DNA from: Planctomycetota bacterium
Lineage (GTDB): Bacteria; Planctomycetota; B143-G9
Assembly (NCBI GenBank): GCA_034521065.1
Contig: JAXHMW010000001.1
Coordinates: 28,046 to 92,045, forward strand
Reading direction: 5' to 3'
DNA length: 64,000 nucleotides
The notes below the pieces were generated by a model. It saw only the letters and a list, made by a program, of their open reading frames with translations. It was not told the DNA's origin and made no database searches. Of the stretch, positions 19,605-29,634 are shown one piece after another; the stretch's first letter is position 1; each line of letters starts with the position of its first letter. The translations under genes and the position numbers were made by a program.

Positions 19605-19780
19605 AAAAACTGCTTTCGCACGAAAACGAGCGAGGTCAACTCAGGCGAGGCAGCCAAGTTAAATTATGTTGATGGTGGCTGGCGGCCGTTATCGCAGGTA
19701 TCCCTCGTTCTCTGACCGTTCAACGACAATCAGGTAAGCATGGCAAACCCGCGGACGTTTGCAGTAAAACTGTATTTAAG
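19605..19780 (+). repeat. Intergenic repeat element, copy 2 (longest; between the UDPGP gene and the RCC1 gene)
   Basis: cctcgaaaaaactgctttcgcacgaaaacgagcgaggtcaactcaggcgagg ... taagcatggcaaacccgcggacgtttgcagtaaaactgtattt. Confidence 0.55.
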
Positions 19781-19851
19781 CGGTGCCCAGTAGTGCGTAT
19801 GCCTTAAAACTTTGTAAACTCTGTCAACGACAATGTAACGGAGGGAACAGA

Positions 19852-22800
19852 ATGCGAAAGTCGGTCTTGATTGTTTCGGTGATTGCGGTTGTTGTGGTTC
19901 TCGCGCTTTCGCTGAACCTCGGCGGTTTAAGGGACATGCTTTCCGGCGGCGCGGGCGAAACGGTTATAGAGCGTTCGCGCACAAGCGGAACGCGCAGCTA
20001 CGAGACAGACGCGACGGCGCAGCAAAGCAGGATTTCGGCAGGGCGGAAACACACTCTTTGCCTGGATAAATACGGCTCGCTCTGGGCGTGGGGCGATAAC
20101 GGTTGGGGCCAGATCGGCAAGGGAGAGGAAGACAGCAAAGAACTTCTGCCTGTTCCCATACGTAAACCAGAAGATATGGGGAATGTCCTCGCCATCTCCG
20201 CCGGAAGTTTTCACAACGTTGTCCTTTGTGAAGATGGCTCGCTCTGGGCGTGGGGCCGGAACATGTACGGCCAGATCGGAAACGGTAAGGGCGGAGAGCA
20301 GGAAAGCAAAGAGCCTCTGCCTGTTCCCGTGCGTAAACCGGAAGGCATGGGAAATGTCGTCGCGATCTCTGCCGGAGATGAGCACAGCCTTGCCCTTTGT
20401 GAAGACGGCTTCTCTGGGCGTGGGGCTCGAACGAATTCGGCCAGATCGGGAACGGTAAGGGCGGAGAAAAGGACAGCAAAGTGCTTTTGCCTGTCCGCGT
20501 GAGTAAACCCGAAGGCATGGGGAATGTCGTCTCCATCTCCGCCGGAGGTTCTCACAATCTTGCCCTTTGTGAAGACGGCTCGCTCTGGGCGTGGGGCTGG
20601 AACGAGTACGGCCAGATCGGCAACGGCAAGGGCGGAGAGACGGGTAGCAAAGAGCTTCTGCCTGTCCGCGTGCGTGAGCCGGTACGCATGGGGAATGTCC
20701 TCGCGATCTCCGCCGGAGGTTGGCACAGCTTTGCCCTCTGTGAAGACGGCTCGCTCTGGGCGTGGGGGTACAACAGGTATGGCCAGATCGGCAACGGTAA
20801 GGGCGGAAAGTGGGACAGCGGAGGAAAGCTTCTGCCTGTTCCCGTGCGTAAACCTGAAGGCATGGGTAATGTCGTCTCTATCTCCGCCGGATTTTGGCAC
20901 AACCTAGCCCTTTGTGAAGGCGGCTCGCTCTGGGCGTGGGGCGATAACGAGTACGGCCAGATCGGCAACGGCAAGGGCGGAGAGCAGGACAGCGAAGAAC
21001 TTCTGCCTGCCTTCGTGTTGCCACACGCGGGCATGGGGAATGTAGTCGCCATATCCGCCGGAGGTTTGCACAGCTTTGCCCTTTGTGAAGACGGCTCGCT
21101 CTGGGCGTGGGGCGATAACGAGTACGACCAGATCGGCAACGGCAAGGGCGGTTGGACGGACAGCAAAGAGCTTCTGCCTGTTCCCGTGCGTAAACACGAA
21201 GGCATGGGGAATGTCCTCACAATCTCCGCCGGAAGTGATCACAACCTCGCCCTTTGCGAAGACGGCTCGCTCTGGGCGTGGGGGGGCAACTCGTCCGGCC
21301 AGGTCGGCAACGGCAAGGGCGGAGAGGAAGACAGCAAAGAGCTCTCTGCCTGTGCGCGTGAGTAAACCGGAAGGCATGGGGAATGTCGTCGCCATCTCCG
21401 CCGGAGGTTGGCACAACCTCGCCCTTTGTGAAGACGGCTCGCTCTGGGCGTGGGGGAACAACTGGTTCGGCCAGGTCGGCAACGGCAAGGGCGGAGAAAA
21501 GGACAGCAAAGAACTTCTGCCTGTCCGAGTGCGTAAACCGGAAGGCATGGGATGTCGTAGCCATCTCCCGGAGGTTTGCACAGCCTTGCCCTTTGCGAAG
21601 ACGGCTCGCTCTGGGCGTGGGGCTGGAACAAGGTCGGCCAGATCGGCAACGGCAAGGGCGGAGAGCAGGACAGCAAAGAGCTTCTGCCTGTTCGCGTGTG
21701 GCAACACGAAGGCTTGGGGGATATTGTCGCCATCTCCGCCGGATTTAAGTACAACCTTGCCCTTTGTGAAGACGGCTCGCTCTGGACGTGGGGTGAAAAC
21801 TATTTCGGCCAGATCGGCAACGGTAAGGGCGAAGAGGTGTACAGCAAAGAGCCTCTGCCTGTCCGCGTGAGTAAACCGGAAGGTATGGGGAATGTCCTCG
21901 CCATCTCCACTGGATGGTTTCACAACCTTGCCCTTTGTGAAGACGGCTCGCTCTGGGCGTGGGGGAACAACTCGTCCGGCCAGATCGGCAACGGCAAGGG
22001 CGGAGAGGAAGACAGCAAAGAGCTTCTGCCTGTCCGCGTGCGTAAACCGGAAGGCATGGGAGATGTGCTCGCCATATCCGCCGGAGCTGCTCACAACCTT
22101 GCCCTTTGTGAAGACGGCTCGCTCTGGGCGTGGGGAACAACTCGTCCGGCCAGATCGGCAACGCAAAGGGCGGAGAGGTGTCAGCAGAGAACTTCTGCCT
22201 GTCCGTGTGCGTAAACCGAAAGGTATGGGGAATATTGTCACCATATCCGCCGGAGCTTTGCACAACCTTGCCCTTTGCGAAGACGGCTCGCTCTGGGCGT
22301 GGGGTTATAACGCTTCCGGCCAGATCGGCAACGGCAAGGGCGGAGAGGAAGACAGCGAAGAGCTTCTGCCCGTGCGCGTGAGTAAACCGTAAGGTATGGG
22401 TGATGTCCTCCCCATCTCCGCCGGAGCTTTGCACAACCTTGCCCTTTGCGAAGACGGCTCGCTCTGGGACTTGGGGGGGACAGAGTACGGCCAGATCGGG
22501 GAACGGTAAGAAACGCAGGCGAAGAGCTTCTGCCTGTTCCCGTGCGTAAACCCGAAGATATGGGGAATGTCGCCGCGACTTCCGCCGGAGGTGTTCACAA
22601 CCTTGCCCTTTGTGAAGACGGCTCGCTCTGGGCGTGGGGCTGGAACGATTACGGCCAGATCGGGAACGGTAAGGGTGGAAAGGAGTACAGCAAAGAGCCT
22701 CTGCCTGTCCGAGTGAGTAAACCAGAAGATATGGGGAATGTCCTTGCCATCTCCGCCGGAGGTACTCACAACCTTGCCCTTTGTGAAGACGGCTCGCTCT

Positions 22801-23078
22801 GGGCGTGGGGCGAGAACGATGATGGCCAGATCGGCAACGGTAAGGGTGGAGAAAAGGACAGCAAAGAACTTCTGCCTGTCCGCGTATGGAAACCGCAAGG
22901 CATGGGGAATGTCGTCGCGTTCTCCGCCGGAGGTGCTCACAACCTTGCCCTTTGTGAAGACGGCTCGCTCTGGGCGTGGGGCTGGAACAAGTACGGCCAG
23001 ATCGGGAACGGTAAGGGTGGAAAAAAAGGCAGCAAAGAGCTTTTGCCTGTCCGCGTGCGTAAACCTGAAGGTATGTAA
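19852..23078 (+). pseudogene. Membrane-anchored RCC1-repeat (beta-propeller) protein encoded by ~19 tandem ~170-nt repeat units. The reading frame is broken many times by indels and at least one in-frame stop, so it is either a pseudogene or a repeat-collapse/indel-error hotspot
   Basis: N-terminal anchor MRKSVLIVSVIAVVVVLALSL with a GGAGGG ribosome-binding site. The unit ...GSLWAWGxNxYGQIGNGKGGExDSKELLPVPVRKPEGMGNVVAISAGxxHNLALCEDG... recurs every ~170 nt from ~20060 to ~23080. Frame breaks occur near 20400, 21350, 21550, 22130, 22385 (an in-frame TAA from a G-to-T change in the otherwise conserved aaaccgGaagg), 22450-22510 and 23070. Confidence 0.7.
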
Positions 23079-23080
23079 GA
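20050..23080. repeat. Tandem array of ~19 direct repeats (~170 bp, RCC1-coding units, roughly 80-95% identical)
   Basis: The string tgtgaagacggctcgctctgggcgtgggg recurs at ~20228, 20399, 20569, 20739, 20909, 21075, 21247, 21426, 21592, 21766, 21937, 22108, 22277, 22448, 22612, 22783 and 22954. Confidence 0.9.
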
Positions 23081-23225
23081 TGTTGTAGCCATCTCCGCCG
23101 GAAAATCGCAACACGAATCAGTGCAGCCAGTGCGCCCCGCGAGCCTTTACGAACGTGCTTGTCTCGAAAGAAGTTACGAACAGCAGAGATATAGCAGGCA
23201 TACGGGAAAACCAGCGATAGCGGCC

Positions 23226-23390
23226 GCCAGCCACCATCAGCACGATTTAGCTTGGGTGCCGAGCCTCGGCGTGCCGCACGGGCAAGATTAAACCAGGCAA
23301 GCGGGGGATTTCTGTGATAACGCTTGCCGACCATCATCAGCAAGATTTAACCTGGGTGCCGAGCCTCGGCGTGCCGCACGGGCAGGTTGA
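23226..23390. repeat. Two ~58-bp imperfect direct repeats (accatcagcaMgatttaRcYtgggtgccgagcctcggcgtgccgcacgggcaRgtt) separated by an 8-bp-stem hairpin
   Basis: Copies at 23226-23290 and 23332-23390. Between them lies ggcaagcg-N17-cgcttgcc. The pair sits between the end of the RCC1 array and the ACR3 gene. Confidence 0.6.
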
Positions 23391-23416
23391 TGCTTCTTCG
23401 GTTATGTACGCATCGT

Positions 23417-24539
23417 TCAATTATCGGGGGATGCGTTCATGGCCGGTTTGCGGGTCACATGATACACTCCGTCGGGCGTTTTGACGGCATAGGGGAAGTA
23501 TTTGCGCTTGAACCACAGGGCCACGTTGACCAGTGCGATGAGTACCGGTACTTCGACCAAAGGCCCTATGACAGCGGCGAAGGCTTCTCCCGAATTGAGC
23601 CCGAACACGGCCACGGCAACCGCGATGGCCAACTCCAAGTTGTTGGAAGCGGCCGTGAACGACAGGGTGGCTGTCTGTTCGTAGGTGGCTCCCAGTTTGG
23701 TTGACATGAAAAAGCTGATCAGGAACATTGCCAGAAAATAGATGCACAGCGGAATGGCGATGCGCACCACGTCCAGTGGCAGCTTGACGATGAATTCGCC
23801 CTTCAACGAGAACATGAGCACGATGGTGAACAGCAGGGCAATCAGCGTCAGGGGACTGATATTCGGGATAAACCGTTCGTTATACCACTTCTCTCCCATG
23901 GTCTTGAGTCCTATGATGCGCGTAATCAGGCCCGCAATGAACGGAATGCCAAGGTAGATGAAAACGCTTTCGGCGATCTGACCGATGGTGATATCGCACT
24001 GTCCGCCTCGAATACCGAACCAGCTCGGCAGGATGGTGATGAAAAACCAGGCATAGAACGAGAAAAACAACACCTGAAAGATGGAATTGAAGGCCACCAG
24101 CCCCGCGCAGTACTCGGAGTCCCCCTTGGCGAGGTCATTCCAGACCAGTACCATGGCGATGCAGCGCGCCAGTCCTATCATAATCAGCCCGACCATATAT
24201 TCGTGGTGGCCGGAAAGAAACGCAATTGCCAGCAGGAACATCAATACCGGGCCGATTACCCAGTTCTGCACCAGTGACAGGGAGAGTATTTTCACATCCT
24301 CCGGAACACTGAAGCCCAGCTTTCTCGTAGCGCACCTTTGCCAGCGGCGGGTACATCACTCAGCATCAGTCCCACGGCTGACGGGGATGTTCTGTGGTGC
24401 CCACCTGGAAGATGTTGATGAAATCCCGCACGCCGGGGTACAGGCAGAGCCGCCGAGACACCCCGACGGCCATGGCCAGAAAGATCCACAGCGTGAGAAA
24501 CCGGTCAAGAAGACTCAATCTCTTGATGGGTGAATCGGC
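23417..24539 (-). pseudogene. ACR3-family arsenite efflux permease, disrupted by at least 3 frameshifts within ~24290-24380
   Basis: N-terminal frame MADSPIKRLSLLDRFLTLWIFLAMAVGV...FQVGTT. Short segments SPSAVGLMLS and [15 protein letters not shown] sit in two other frames. The C-terminal 292 aa ([23 protein letters not shown]...) is in the ORF 23417..24295. Together these are collinear with ACR3. Confidence 0.7.
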
Positions 24540-24879
24540 CATTGTTTCTCCTTTACGCTTTCGCTTTCCCGCTACAGGCAGCAGCTTCGGCGGTCACCCT
24601 GAACAATCGCCGAAATCCGTATTGAGTATATTTACAAAAGCAATTATGTCAGCCGTTGTCAGGGAACTGTGAGAAGACCGTTATCGAATTCCCTTTCGGG
24701 TCGGAACTCCCAAAATGTACAAGAAGGATATTTCTATCGATATAAAAATGTCGTGGCTGGAATTATTTTCGCGGAGCATGACCGTCATGAGCACTTCGGA
24801 GGCATTCAAAACGACCGCAAAGGCCGCACTATCCCAAATTACCTTCAAATGAGCCGTGATTGCGCCACGCTGAAGATAT

Positions 24880-24921
24880 TGGTGCTTTTCAAGACGGAAA
24901 TGGGGATTGTTCGAGGTGACC
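24880..24921 (+). mobile_element. Terminal fragment (right-inverted-repeat-like end) of the same IS5-family element as at 51906-52443; a low-GC patch (~24690-24921) may be further IS remnant
   Basis: tggtgcttttcaagacggaaatggggattgttcgaggtgacc matches tgcgctttttctgacagaattgggtattgttcgaggtggcc at 52420-52443 (~33/42 identities). Confidence 0.45.
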
Positions 24922-24952
24922 CGAAGGAGTTCGGGGGGGGTCGATTCGGGCT

Positions 24953-24985
24953 GAAAAAATAAAAACCCCGTCCGGGCGGACGGGG
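24953..24985 (-). terminator. Rho-independent terminator downstream of tRNA-Ser
   Basis: Hairpin ccccgtccg-ggc-ggacgggg followed on the minus strand by TTTTTATTTTTT. Confidence 0.7.
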
Positions 24986-24999
24986 TTCCGCAGTTTCGA

Positions 25000-25091
25000 T
25001 GGCGGGAAGGGCGGGATTTGAACCCGCGGTACGGAACAAACCGTACAACGGCTTAGCAAGCCGCCGCATTCGACCGCTCTGCCACCTCCCC
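25000..25091 (-). tRNA. tRNA-Ser (anticodon GCU), 92 nt with a long variable arm, CCA encoded
   Basis: Acceptor stem GGGGAGG/CCTTCCC. Anticodon stem-loop GCGGC-TTGCTAA-GCCGT. 20-nt variable arm. T-arm GCGGG-TTCAAAT-CCCGC. 3' GCCA. Confidence 0.85.
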
Positions 25092-25367
25092 GCAAGTTTT
25101 CAGGGCGCTTGACTCGCCGAAAAGGAATTGTAGCGAATTGTCCCGACTGTCAAGAACTGCCGGCCTTGCATCGCCTGCATACTGCCGTTCCCATGTGTGT
25201 TGCTTGAGGGCAGAGGATACGGCCCAAAAGAGGCGATTGCGTCAGAAAAAGGCCATGCGACAGGCACCGCCCTCAGGGAATATCCATGCCCGCGATTCAT
25301 CGCCGGTGTTGCTTTACCGGGTTCGCGCCAGTTGCAGGTTATGGCAATGAGTTTTGGCAAATGGGCA

Positions 25368-26665
25368 TCAATGCTTGAAAGCACGCTGTCCGGTAAACAT
25401 CATTGCTACCTGCGGTTCGGCCTCGTTGCAGGCTTCGATAGATTCGAAGTCCCTTATCGAGCCGCCCGGATGCACGATAGCCGTGATGCCCTCCGCAATG
25501 GCGATGTCAACCGCGTCGCGGAATGGGAAGAACGCATCGGACACCATTACAGCGGCTTTCAGACCCGCGTTCTCCTCGCGAGTGCGAGCTTTCAGTTCCT
25601 CGAGCTCTTCGGCCGGACGCTCGCCGCGGCTAATTTCGAGCTCCATCTGGAATATGGATTTGCCGCACTTTTTGAAGCACATCGCGTCTGTGTGCTTGAT
25701 GTATGCCTTGTCTATCGCGCTCCTGGTCACGCCAGGCCTGGCCCTGGCTCGCCGGTTCCGATAGAAACCGTCACTCCATCGCGAACGAAAAGAACGCTGT
25801 TGGAGCTGACTCCCTGTTCCACGAGCCACCCGAACAGAAGGTCATCGAGTTCCCGCTCACCGGGCTCGCGTTCGCATTCGTAGTTGCGGCCCTTGTACTC
25901 GCATCTTGCGGGGAGGAAATCTTCGGGTAGCCGCTGGCACTCGGCTGACGGGGGCTCGGCCGGGACAATCATTCCGCCGTCCATCAGCGATTTGAACTCC
26001 ACGAACCGCATATCAGCGTACTTGTGAACTTCGGCTATCCTGGAAGCCTTCACGATTCGAAGGTTCTTGCGCTTCGCGAGCCTCTCCACTGCGCCTTCCT
26101 CGTATTCCGGCGCGGCCACGACTTCAGCGTACTGCTCGGCGATGAGGTGAGCAGTAGCGAGGTCGCAGGGGCGGTTGAGCACGACGCATCCGCCGAAAGC
26201 CGCGATACGGTCGGCAAAGTAAGCTCTCTCGTACGCGTTTGCGAGGCTGTCGGCCCGGGCGACTCCGCAGGGGTTGTTGTGCTTCATTATCGCGCAGCAT
26301 GGAGTTTCGGGGAAGAACTTGAGTATGGACAGCGCGTTGTCTATGTCGGTCAGGTTAGTCTTTCCCGGATGTTTGCCGAACTGCACAAGGCCCTGTTCAT
26401 CAATTCGGGAGACGATCGAGTTGCCGGGCCTTATGAACTCACAGTCTCCGAGAGTCAGCGAGCCCTGAACAAGCTCGAACAGCGCTGCTTCCTGCCCCGG
26501 GTTTTCGCCGTATCGGAGACCTTTCTCCACGACTCCTTCCCTGGTCTCGAGCTTCCACGTGCGTTTGCGATAGACCAGTTCCTGCCCGCCGAAGGATATC
26601 TTCATCTCTGATGGGAAGTGGTCTTCCATTACGGTTTTGTACTGTTTTCTCATGTCGTTTGTCAT
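25368..26665 (-). CDS. purH: AICAR formyltransferase (PurH AICARFT domain only, no N-terminal MGS/IMP-cyclohydrolase domain), with an apparent frameshift near 25735-25760
   Basis: [12 protein letters not shown] and [10 protein letters not shown] motifs. C-terminal [57 protein letters not shown] lies in a second frame. Start ATG at 26665 with a GGAGGT ribosome-binding site and a TATAAT -10 box at 26685-26690. Confidence 0.8.
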
Positions 26666-26816
26666 ATCAGACCTCCATGGTGAGATTATACGCATTGTGA
26701 CCGTTACATTCCATCGTCAAACATGTTGTAAATGGTGACGAGGGGCCCGCGCCGCGAAGCCGGGCACAGTCAAAGCCTGCTATAATCATATGCACGTCTT
26801 TCTACGGAGAAACGAT

Positions 26817-28048
26817 ATGTCTCATTCGCGCTTGATACACGACCGTCTGTCCGTTTTCATCATCTGTTCAATGCTGTTGCTCGTCATTCCGTCCTCCATT
26901 GGAGCCGAGGAGGAGAAGGATTACTGCAACCGGTGCCACAACACCGGCAAGGTCGAATGCGACGAACACGGCGGAGACTGGGAACATCCTCCCTACAAGT
27001 CCTCCGTGATAATCGAGGCCGAATGCGGCTGCTGCGGACTCGGCTGGCTTCCCTGTCCCGAAGAGGACTGCCCGAAGCGTCCGGCGGCACTCGAGGAGTT
27101 CAAGCGCAAGACCGATATGCTGAAAGCCTGGTTGCAGGCCCGGCGGGCGAAGGTGGACGCGAAAATCCTCACCGACAAGTATCCCAAGCTCAAAAAGACC
27201 AAACCCCTTCACGCCGAGACAGACCACTGCATCAATATTCCGGCACCTTCAAGGACCGGATAGTCAAGTACAAGTACAAGGGCATGACCCGCAAGAAACG
27301 CTACACCGGCCCCGAGTCCCTGCACCTGTATTGCGAGAGGCTCGAGGACATCTACAAGGTCATCATGGGCATGCTGAAGTACGAAGGCGATTATCGCCCC
27401 AAGTACACTGACAAATGGCAGTTGATGGTGTGGGCGAAGGAGGAGGAGCAGAAGGCGGCCTCGTTCGAGTTCTGTAACTTCACGAACACCGCCGGAGCGA
27501 AGATTGACGGTGTACTGCACACTACCTGGGATTCCGACCAGGACGACTACCTGCACCACAAGTTAGCGGTGGCGGCGACGAACCTCGCCGTGGACGACTA
27601 CGGCGGCATAGTTGAATACTTCCCCGACTGGATTCGCGAGGCCACTGCGCACTACGTTGAACAGAAGATCTTCGATGAGCTTCGGATTTTTTCAGGCGGC
27701 GAAGGGGGCTTCAGTGCGAACTGTCCTACTCACAAGCTGAAGGTCACGATGCGAAAGGCCGTGAAGGCCGACCGAAGGCAACTGAGTCCTTTCTCGGAGA
27801 TTATTAACAAGAAGATGGTCAAGATAACCGGCTGGGAGCGTCTGAAATGCTGGTCGATTGTTGACTGGATGGTCAATGCACACGAGGACGACAAGCTTGG
27901 TCGTTTCATCAAGCATATGAAGAAGATGTATCCCCAAGAAAAAAACAAGCGCCAAGGCCCTTCCTTTCGGGAGGTGTTCGAGATGACACCTCCGGCGATT
28001 GAAGAGGAATGGAAAGCCTGGGTTATGGAGACCGACCCGACGGTGTAG
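26817..28048 (+). CDS. Secreted Cys-rich hypothetical protein (apparent frameshift near 27245-27265 joins ORFs 26790..27263 and 26933..28048)
   Basis: Signal peptide MSHSRLIHDRLSVFIICSMLLLVIPSSIGA. Cys cluster CNRCHNTGKVECDEHGG...ECGCCGLGWLPCPEEDCP. The downstream frame continues as ordinary protein (GTFKDRIVKYKYKGMTRKKRYTGPES...). Confidence 0.55.
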
Positions 28049-28090
28049 TCAAAAACTGTGGTATTATCTCCCATGAAGGGAGGTTGAGCA

Positions 28091-28450
28091 ATGCGTGAGA
28101 TCAAAGTAACTCAGCCCGATGAGGACTGGCTTGAGAAGAACGGTGTAAGAGACTGGCCGATATGGACCAAGGATCCATCCACCTTCGACTGGTACTACGA
28201 TTCGGAGGAGCATTGCCTGATACTGGAGGGAAAGGTCACAGTTCGCGAAGGAGCGCAGGAAGTTCATCTGAAGCCCGGCGACTTCGTCGTTTTCCCGAAG
28301 GGCTTGCGCTGCAGGTGGGAGGTCGAGCAACCGGTCAGAAAGTATTACAAGTTCGTTGAACTCCTAATGTGTTTTATGAAAAACGCCCGACTCAACGAGT
28401 CGGGCGTTTTCAATTGTGGGGTCGAATATCGGACTATTGCCGGCGGATGA
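28091..28450 (+). CDS. Cupin-domain protein (DUF861-like). The true stop may lie upstream of 28450
   Basis: WPIWTKDPSTFDWYYDSEEHCLILEGKVTV...GDFVVFPKGLRCRWEV cupin signature. A strong terminator hairpin at 28381-28412 lies inside the ORF as called. Confidence 0.55.
   Translation: MREIKVTQPDEDWLEKNGVRDWPIWTKDPSTFDWYYDSEEHCLILEGKVTVREGAQEVHLKPGDFVVFPKGLRCRWEVEQPVRKYYKFVELLMCFMKNARLNESGVFNCGVEYRTIAGG
28381..28412. terminator. Bidirectional rho-independent terminator (aacgcccgactc-aacg-gagtcgggcgtt) with T-tracts on both strands
   Basis: 12-bp perfect stem and 4-nt loop. TTTTCAATT follows on the plus strand and TTTTTCAT on the minus strand. It sits between the convergent cupin gene and the 28437..29424 gene. 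Confidence 0.7.
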
Positions 28451-29424
28451 ACGCCTCGGTGACCTCGATGTCGTCGTAAATTGAAAGCTCAAGTCCCTCG
28501 TCCGAGCGCTTGCTCTCCATCTGCACGAGTATCACCTTGTTGTTCGTAAGAGTGACGAGAACCTTCCCGTCCTTCGCAAGTTCGAGCAACATATCCAGAA
28601 GGGGGTCGATCTTTCGCCAGAGCCTCTAGAAGTAGTTCTCTTTCAGGGACTCGTGAAGCTCCACGACAATTCCCTTTTCCGGGCAAGCTTTTTCAGCTTG
28701 GGCTGGGCGTCCTCATAAGCCTCGAATTCCTCCTGGGCTACCTCCATCTTGTGGACAAGTTCTTCTTTCGAGAGCTGGTAGGCCACGGGTATCACCTTGT
28801 TCTCGTAGTCCGGTACGCGTTTGGCTTCCTTTTCCACAAGAAGCGTGAAACGCTTGACGATGCGGTTGAAGGAGCGGTTTTCGCTCATCAGCTTGTCAAG
28901 CGAACGCACGAAAACAGAAGCGTCGGACCATGCCATGTCGTCCGTTATGCGAATATCCACCCGCATCTTGCGCAACTGGTCCTGAATCTCGTTATAAACC
29001 TCCTTGTCGCGAACAAGCTTGCGGATGAGGCTTTCAAAGTCGGCTGTCATCGGGTTGTAGTCAATTTGACGGTTGGTGGTCTTTTCGATAAACCAGTAGT
29101 GACCGGGATTCTTGACGTCCTTGTTGGTGATAAGCAGGTCGATGCCGTCAAGGCTGCGCAGCTCGCGCTTCCAGCGGGTTTTCTTGTCGCTTTCAAAGAA
29201 ATCCTGTGTCTTCGTGACGAAACCGAACACGAGCTGAATGCCCGATATGTTCTTGGGCTCGAGTTCATACGTGAGCTGGAACTTATAGCGCTTTTCGAAA
29301 TCCTCGATCTTCTCTTTGAGCTGTTCTTCTATATCGCGAACCATCGCGTCTTCCTCGGCGAACAGGGGGCTCGCGAAGATGATCAGCAGTGCGAATAGCG
29401 CAAACAGGTACTTTTTCATATGCA
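28437..29424 (-). CDS. Secreted hypothetical protein, disrupted near 28627-28690 by a frameshift plus an in-frame TAG
   Basis: Signal peptide MHMKKYLFALFALLIIFASPLFA and a charged coiled-coil-rich body. The frame after the break still reads as protein: RLWRKIDPLLDMLLELAKDGKVLVTLTNNKVILVQMESKRSDEGLELSIYDDIEVTEAFIRRQ. Confidence 0.5.
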
Positions 29425-29634
29425 TTTCCCCTTCTTTAAGGGTTTTTCGATCTGAATGTTGGACGCTTGCCCGCGACAAGTACAAGAACGTCCGTTCAGG
29501 CGACTTGTAACAGAGCGAGCATCCGGCAGTTCTCTGTCGAAACAGGCGAACAGCGGACAATCGCGTAGTATTGTATGTAATGTCCGCTCTTTTGAACTTT
29601 TTCCGGGCATTTGAATTACCGAATTGGAGGATGC

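Noticed and set aside
20211-23343. Very long minus-strand ORFs across the RCC1 array (e.g. 20211..20900, 20552..21220, 20904..22265, 21745..23343; 229-532 aa, Pro/Arg/Ser-rich)
   Set aside because: They are antisense to a GC-rich tandem repeat that happens to lack stops on the opposite strand. The translations are low-complexity and periodic, and every unit is explained by the sense-strand RCC1 reading.
23080-23420. Possible CRISPR array (two direct repeats)
   Set aside because: There are only two 58-bp copies with a 48-nt spacer, which is far from CRISPR repeat/spacer geometry, and there are no cas genes.
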